IMG/VR virus record: IMGVR_UViG_3300031578_000030
Span: 1 to 59,636 of that record
Direction: 5' to 3' (one strand)
Origin: a virus
Lineage: Duplodnaviria; Caudoviricetes
Length of the DNA stretch: 59,636 nucleotides
The notes under the pieces were generated by a model. That model worked only from the letters and a program-made list of their open reading frames with translations, ran no database searches and was not told the DNA's origin. The position numbers and the translations under genes are program-made. Shown here one piece after another: positions 55,253 through 59,636 of this stretch; position 1 is the stretch's first letter; every line of letters starts with the position of its first letter.

Positions 55253-55624
55253 TCACGGGCAGATACTTATACTCCCGCCTTTGCCAGCATGTCCGCCTTC
55301 ACCTGTCTGATAGTGCGGCGGATCATTGGTGACACCGTCAACATGTCCGCCTTCACCTGTCTCGTAGTGCGGCGGATCAATGGTGGTATCACCACCTTTG
55401 ATGATCAGATTTCCGCCTCGGCCACCAGAGCCACCCGCGCCTGCCTGGTGGGTTCCCGGGCCGATATTGACATCGCCGCCCGACGCCCCATCTCGCCCAG
55501 TACGACCCTCGATGATCAGATCACCACCAGAGCCGCATGATCCGGAACCTGCCGACAAATCCCCTGATATGTCAAGACTGTCTGTCTTGACAGCATTCTC
55601 ATTCTGTATCTTCTTGTCTACCAT
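55253..55624 (-). CDS. Gly-rich hypothetical protein with internal duplication
   Basis: DPPHY(E/Q)TGEGGH occurs twice (54-nt period); AAAGG RBS. Confidence 0.55.
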   Translation of the reverse strand: MVDKKIQNENAVKTDSLDISGDLSAGSGSCGSGGDLIIEGRTGRDGASGGDVNIGPGTHQAGAGGSGGRGGNLIIKGGDTTIDPPHYETGEGGHVDGVTNDPPHYQTGEGGHAGKGGSISICP

Positions 55625-55637
55625 CTGAATTCCTTTC

Positions 55638-55862
55638 TCAGCTAAAGGTCTCACTGGAATCTGCCACGTGGCCGCATGATGAGCATCGGCGAAGCCGCCG
55701 GGTCGTCCCGTCCCGTAGATGCCAAGTGGACACAACGTAGAACAGCCGCTTCCCACACCCCGGGCAGGCGCGGACCTTCCCCGCCGCCGGCTCCCCTGCC
55801 AGCTCGCCGAGCGTGGGCCTGTCTTCCGGTGGCGGCCTGTCTTCCGGTAACACAGTGCTCAT
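55638..55862 (-). CDS. Ogr/NrdR-like Zn-finger protein
   Basis: CPGCG...TRRLRRCSSCGH. Confidence 0.7.
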   Translation of the reverse strand: MSTVLPEDRPPPEDRPTLGELAGEPAAGKVRACPGCGKRLFYVVSTWHLRDGTTRRLRRCSSCGHVADSSETFS

Positions 55863-55871
55863 TGTTCTCCG

Positions 55872-56216
55872 TCATAATAAAACAGGAGGCAAGACGACAT
55901 CCGCGCTACAGATCGATTGAGGTTCTGCGTGAACCGCCGGATCGCTAACTCCCATGTCTGGAGTCTGCTCAGCCGTCGAAGGCGGCGGCACTTTCTGATC
56001 CTTTTTTCTGCCGAACCATTCACGTATCTGCTTTGGTGTAACTTTTGAAGCACCTGGACTCAACTCGATTCGAGCCTGGAGAATGTCTGGATTCCCAGCA
56101 AAACGCGCAAGAGCTTCTTCCGCATGTTCAAGACACAAGAATGGCCCCCACTCTACAGGCATCCTGAGGTCCTTCCGCGTAACGACAATCTTGAGCCAGC
56201 ATAAGTCTTCGTTCAT
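55872..56216 (-). CDS. hypothetical protein
   Basis: Start MNEDLC after AAGGAAGG. Confidence 0.5.
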   Translation of the reverse strand: MNEDLCWLKIVVTRKDLRMPVEWGPFLCLEHAEEALARFAGNPDILQARIELSPGASKVTPKQIREWFGRKKDQKVPPPSTAEQTPDMGVSDPAVHAEPQSICSADVVLPPVLL

Positions 56217-56292
56217 AATCAACCTTCCTTTCTTTCGGTTAGCTTTTCCTGCCCCTCTGGCCAGTTTCGCCATCGGTCTTCTGACTCTGTAT

Positions 56293-56496
56293 CTACGGCT
56301 CAGTATCCTTCTCTCGAATCCATTCGTCTGCGACATCCCAGACGACGCATGTCAAAGCCAACAAGGCCATATCTCCTTTTTCCTCAATGAGCTGATACAA
56401 CGACCGCTCGCACTCCTCGAATGCGCGCTTCTGATCTGGACAAAGCAGACCGAGGAGTCGACGATGGTTCCACCGAAAATCTGTAGAGTTTTCCAT
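56293..56496 (-). CDS. hypothetical protein
   Basis: 67 aa directly after the terminase. Confidence 0.5.
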   Translation of the reverse strand: MENSTDFRWNHRRLLGLLCPDQKRAFEECERSLYQLIEEKGDMALLALTCVVWDVADEWIREKDTEP

Positions 56497-56498
56497 TT

Positions 56499-58652
56499 CT
56501 ACCCGCTACGTTTCGCCTTCAGTTCCGCCATCGTCGGCCGCTCCCGAGGCGACGGTCTCGCCCGAACCGGCTCCATTCCCGCCGGCCGGGCCCCGAGCAT
56601 CGAGCACGCAACAGCCGCCCCGATCAAACAGTCCCAGTAGTGATTGTCCGGCCGGCCCGGCTTCCATTCCCAGACCGTCCGCTCCCGCTGCGTCTCCTTG
56701 TGCAACAGCGTCTTCGCCTCCTCAGCCACGCAGTGATCAGCGAACAACGAATGTTCCTTCGGCTGCCGCCCGAATAGCTCCCAGCCGCCAGGCGTCCCGA
56801 GCGGCATCCCCAGCCGCTCGGCCGCCAGCGTCTTCCACCAGTTCACGTCGACCGACACCACGCGGTGCCCGTCCGCCTGCGTTGCCAACCGCCAATTCAG
56901 GCCGATCGTCGCCCCGGCTTCCGGCCGATAATCGGCAAACGTCTTGCGGGTCGGCCCGAGTCCAATCCCCATCGCCGGTAAGACAATCGAACCGCCTTGC
57001 GGGTGCCGCCGGCAGAACTGCTTGATCAGCTCCGACTTCTGCCCCCACTTGGCGTCGATCAGCAGCCGCCCGATCCGCAGCAGCGCTCCATCCTCCCGCT
57101 TGTACTGCGAATTGAGGAGTGAGCCCACGACCTGCCCGAGGCCCGCCAGGATCCACGCATCTTCCGTCAACCCGGGATGGGCGTCTCGCATGCCGATCGG
57201 CGCGGTCCCCTGGGCAAAGTAGGAGACCGGCTGCCGGGGATAGGTACCGTAGTCAACTGGCCCGCCACCGAACTCGTCCGTCCACGCGGCCACCAGATAG
57301 TACAGCAGCCGCTCGTGCACGTCGACGTAAGCCGTCACGTGCTGGCATGTCTTCGGCACGATGCCGCGATCGAGGCCGGTCGTCTTGACCGCGATCTGGT
57401 CGGCCGACAGATAGAGAGGTTTCTTTTCGTCTTTATTCAATGGTGAATTCTGGAATTCAGCAAACCATGCTTCTTCGCCACGTTCGATAAACAGATTCAT
57501 CGCATGTTGAATTGCTGAAATTTCATCAGCACCTCGTCTTGCTTCCCAAGATGCCTCAGCCCCCATATCTAACTCTTCACGATGTTCAAGATAATAAGCG
57601 TTGGCAGGCCGACAATCTGGCACATCACGGCCCATACAATCACAGTAAATCGCGAAATACTTTTCCCACGCTCCCGTGCCTGAAGGCACAGAGCGCAAAA
57701 GACTAGTTCGTATTCCGCGCCAAAGCGGAAACTTTTTGCGATTCAAAACCTGATCAATCATGTCGCCGCGCTGAATCACTGTACAGGGCATCACGGCAGA
57801 GAGCCGTTTGCCTGGTCCGGCCATACCAAGAACGGCACCACGGATCAAAGCAAGACGATCAACATTTTGCTGTCGCGATCTAGCTGACTCATCAGTTTGC
57901 GGATCATCGAGCAAAACGAAATCGGGGCGCACCTGGCGGCCGTCGGAGTGACCGAATAAGCTTCCCCGAATACCCTCTCCAGTCAGTCCAGACACACCGA
58001 TAATTATTCCTGATGTAGGTGCGCACCGACCTTGATGCCATCGCATGTTCTTCGGCTTGCAAACTCGAGGCAAAACAATCCGCGTTTTTTCCCAACGGAT
58101 CAATGTTGGTTCACCATCGCAGAGTTGCCCATTGGCGCGATTTGCAATACCGCCAAGCGCGCGAACGCCGTGAGAAATTTCGGGGAAGTCATTGACAAAC
58201 GGCTGCAGTTCTCGCATCCACAATTTGATCGCATCCAAATTCGCAACAGCCTTTTCCTCATTTGCCCCAATAAGAAATACGTAAGAAACATGACCAAATG
58301 CTACGGCCCAGAGAACTGCCAAGCGGCACAATGTTGTTTTGCCAGAACCGCGAGGCATTGCGATTGCTAACATAGCGCCATGAAAGATGCTCTGTTCAAT
58401 CGCAGATAACACTTGAAGATGATCTGCCGACCACAGCCAATAACATGCTTCAGAACCGTAGGTCTCACAAAATAGACGCAAAGAATTGCGACACTGGTTG
58501 CGACGGCGGACATTCTTAATGTCCGGCGGAGGACCGATATCCCGCCCAGCTTGCGAGGCAGCTTTGTCCCGCTTGGTGACAATCGCCGTGTGTCGCCGAT
58601 GGCGCTCTTTGTCTGACACCCGCTGTTTCGATTCAGCTTTACGATTCGCCAT
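56499..58652 (-). CDS. terL: terminase large subunit (GpA-type C-terminal endonuclease)
   Basis: AMPRGSGKTT, RPDFVLLDDPQT, EFQNSP, YVDVH, LIDAKWG, DNHYWDC. Confidence 0.88.
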   Translation of the reverse strand: MANRKAESKQRVSDKERHRRHTAIVTKRDKAASQAGRDIGPPPDIKNVRRRNQCRNSLRLFCETYGSEACYWLWSADHLQVLSAIEQSIFHGAMLAIAMPRGSGKTTLCRLAVLWAVAFGHVSYVFLIGANEEKAVANLDAIKLWMRELQPFVNDFPEISHGVRALGGIANRANGQLCDGEPTLIRWEKTRIVLPRVCKPKNMRWHQGRCAPTSGIIIGVSGLTGEGIRGSLFGHSDGRQVRPDFVLLDDPQTDESARSRQQNVDRLALIRGAVLGMAGPGKRLSAVMPCTVIQRGDMIDQVLNRKKFPLWRGIRTSLLRSVPSGTGAWEKYFAIYCDCMGRDVPDCRPANAYYLEHREELDMGAEASWEARRGADEISAIQHAMNLFIERGEEAWFAEFQNSPLNKDEKKPLYLSADQIAVKTTGLDRGIVPKTCQHVTAYVDVHERLLYYLVAAWTDEFGGGPVDYGTYPRQPVSYFAQGTAPIGMRDAHPGLTEDAWILAGLGQVVGSLLNSQYKREDGALLRIGRLLIDAKWGQKSELIKQFCRRHPQGGSIVLPAMGIGLGPTRKTFADYRPEAGATIGLNWRLATQADGHRVVSVDVNWWKTLAAERLGMPLGTPGGWELFGRQPKEHSLFADHCVAEEAKTLLHKETQRERTVWEWKPGRPDNHYWDCLIGAAVACSMLGARPAGMEPVRARPSPRERPTMAELKAKRSG

Positions 58653-58941
58653 CGTGCAATCCATAAATCTCGACAACATCTCGACACAGCGCAATAAACT
58701 CTTCCTGAGTCATTTTGCCTTTAGCTCGATTGGCTTCGGATAAGACAATCTGACAATTTCCGATGGTATGCAGTCCGCCAGCATGACGAGGCGCAACATG
58801 ATCCAAGGTTGCGTTAGTTGGAGTCAACACTCGCCCAGTCAAAGCGCATTTGTATTCCTGGTGAGCAAGAAGCTCCAGCAATTCTTGAACAGTTACTTTC
58901 GTCTGCACTCGTCTCTGTTTCTGTTTGCTTGGTTCTGTCAT
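58639..58941 (-). CDS. HNH endonuclease
   Basis: Q..KCALTG...LDHVAP...GG....N.Q......NRAKG; own RBS; coupled to terL. Confidence 0.8.
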   Translation of the reverse strand: MTEPSKQKQRRVQTKVTVQELLELLAHQEYKCALTGRVLTPTNATLDHVAPRHAGGLHTIGNCQIVLSEANRAKGKMTQEEFIALCRDVVEIYGLHDGES

Positions 58942-59596
58942 TGCATCCTTTCACCCATCTCGTAACTTTCCTTCTCCAAGATGACCATCCGTGTTCTCGC
59001 CATCTGCAACGACGATTGTATTCGCTTCGTTCTAAACAGTCTTCCCAGGTAATGGATCCCAGCGTTTCGGTAGTAGATGGCACGGGACGATCATCACGAT
59101 AAAACCACTGGCTGACCTTCCGACGGCACCATGTTCGCCATGTATTCGGACGACCAGAAAAAAGCCACATGTTATAGGCTCGATGACGAATAGTTTGCGC
59201 CCACACAAACCACTCCAAACCATGAAGCCGTAAAAGAGCATCAAGAAGTTCTTGTCGTTTGACCGTGGGCTCTCGTCGCTTAGCATAATAAGCAATACCA
59301 GCGGGGGACGCGCGCCAAGCTCTATGCCGTGCTAGATTACGTTCACGATTCTTAGCCCAGTTTTCTCGCCCTCGTTTACGTTGTTTTTCTAGTTCTTCGG
59401 GTATCAGAGACGCATACCGTTTTTGGCTGCGTTCTCGACACGTCGCTTTTACAGATTCGTACCCAACAGGGTCAGTAAATCTCCTAGAATGCCAACGCTC
59501 TTTCTGACGAAGGCAGTAACACGTTTTGCATACGGACTTTGAATGTTTGTAGAAAGCATCGTCCGATTTTGTTTCGCCGCAGGCTTTGCAAATCAT
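58814..59596 (-). CDS. basic hypothetical protein with N-terminal Zn finger (HNH-associated type)
   Basis: CKACGETK...FY...CKTC followed by Arg-rich helices. Confidence 0.6.
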   Translation of the reverse strand: MICKACGETKSDDAFYKHSKSVCKTCYCLRQKERWHSRRFTDPVGYESVKATCRERSQKRYASLIPEELEKQRKRGRENWAKNRERNLARHRAWRASPAGIAYYAKRREPTVKRQELLDALLRLHGLEWFVWAQTIRHRAYNMWLFSGRPNTWRTWCRRKVSQWFYRDDRPVPSTTETLGSITWEDCLERSEYNRRCRWREHGWSSWRRKVTRWVKGCNDRTKQTETETSADESNCSRIAGASCSPGIQMRFDWASVDSN

Positions 59597-59624
59597 GTCG
59601 ATGAATAAGTAGGTAAGAAGTATC

Positions 59625-59636
59625 AGGTTTGCCGAC
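59625..59636 (-). other. putative cosN cohesive-end sequence
   Basis: The - strand begins GTCGGCAAACCT (lambda: GGGCGGCGACCT); joining the window ends creates the dyad AGGT-CGGCAA-ACCT. Confidence 0.5.

Noticed and set aside
33900-57400. Numerous long + strand ORFs opposite structural genes
   Set aside because: These are shadow ORFs typical of high-GC DNA, with no motifs, fully overlapping well-supported - strand genes.
58639-59596. Single frameshifted HNH gene
   Set aside because: The HNH ORF has its own AAAGGA RBS and ATG, so two overlapping genes is the simpler reading; a frameshift is not fully excluded.

Overview
The window looks like an essentially complete ~59.6 kb temperate tailed-phage genome, mostly encoded on the - strand. 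The likely host is a Planctomycetota-type bacterium, inferred from a DUF1580 HTH gene, the integrase type and a prepilin-type moron. Reading the - strand from the right end: a lambda-like cos junction spanning the two window ends, HNH, GpA-type large terminase, lambda-type portal, protease-capsid fusion, head-tail and tail genes, two papain-like proteases, tape measure, and two GT2 glycosyltransferases. These are followed by a + strand integrase/moron block, an attP copy of the tRNA-Val(GAC) 3' half with arm-type repeats, a tRNA-Met(CAT) and a pseudo-tRNA. Next comes a recombination/replication block (SMC-like ATPase, exonuclease, AAA ATPase, SSB-like protein, split RecD2, ERCC4, P4-type primase-helicase, iteron origin) and a run of small accessory genes (DUF5131, Dam-like MTase, VRR-NUC, sigma-like factor). 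The standout is 8659-10049: a nuclease-less Nop/IS110-C-terminal-like gene whose stop codon runs straight into 14 exact 34-nt units of two alternating repeats (10 and 8 nt) separated by 8-nt variable spacers. This is a TIGR-Tas (TasA)-like RNA-guided system with non-canonical geometry. All family calls are by-eye motif recognition; no database searches were run.
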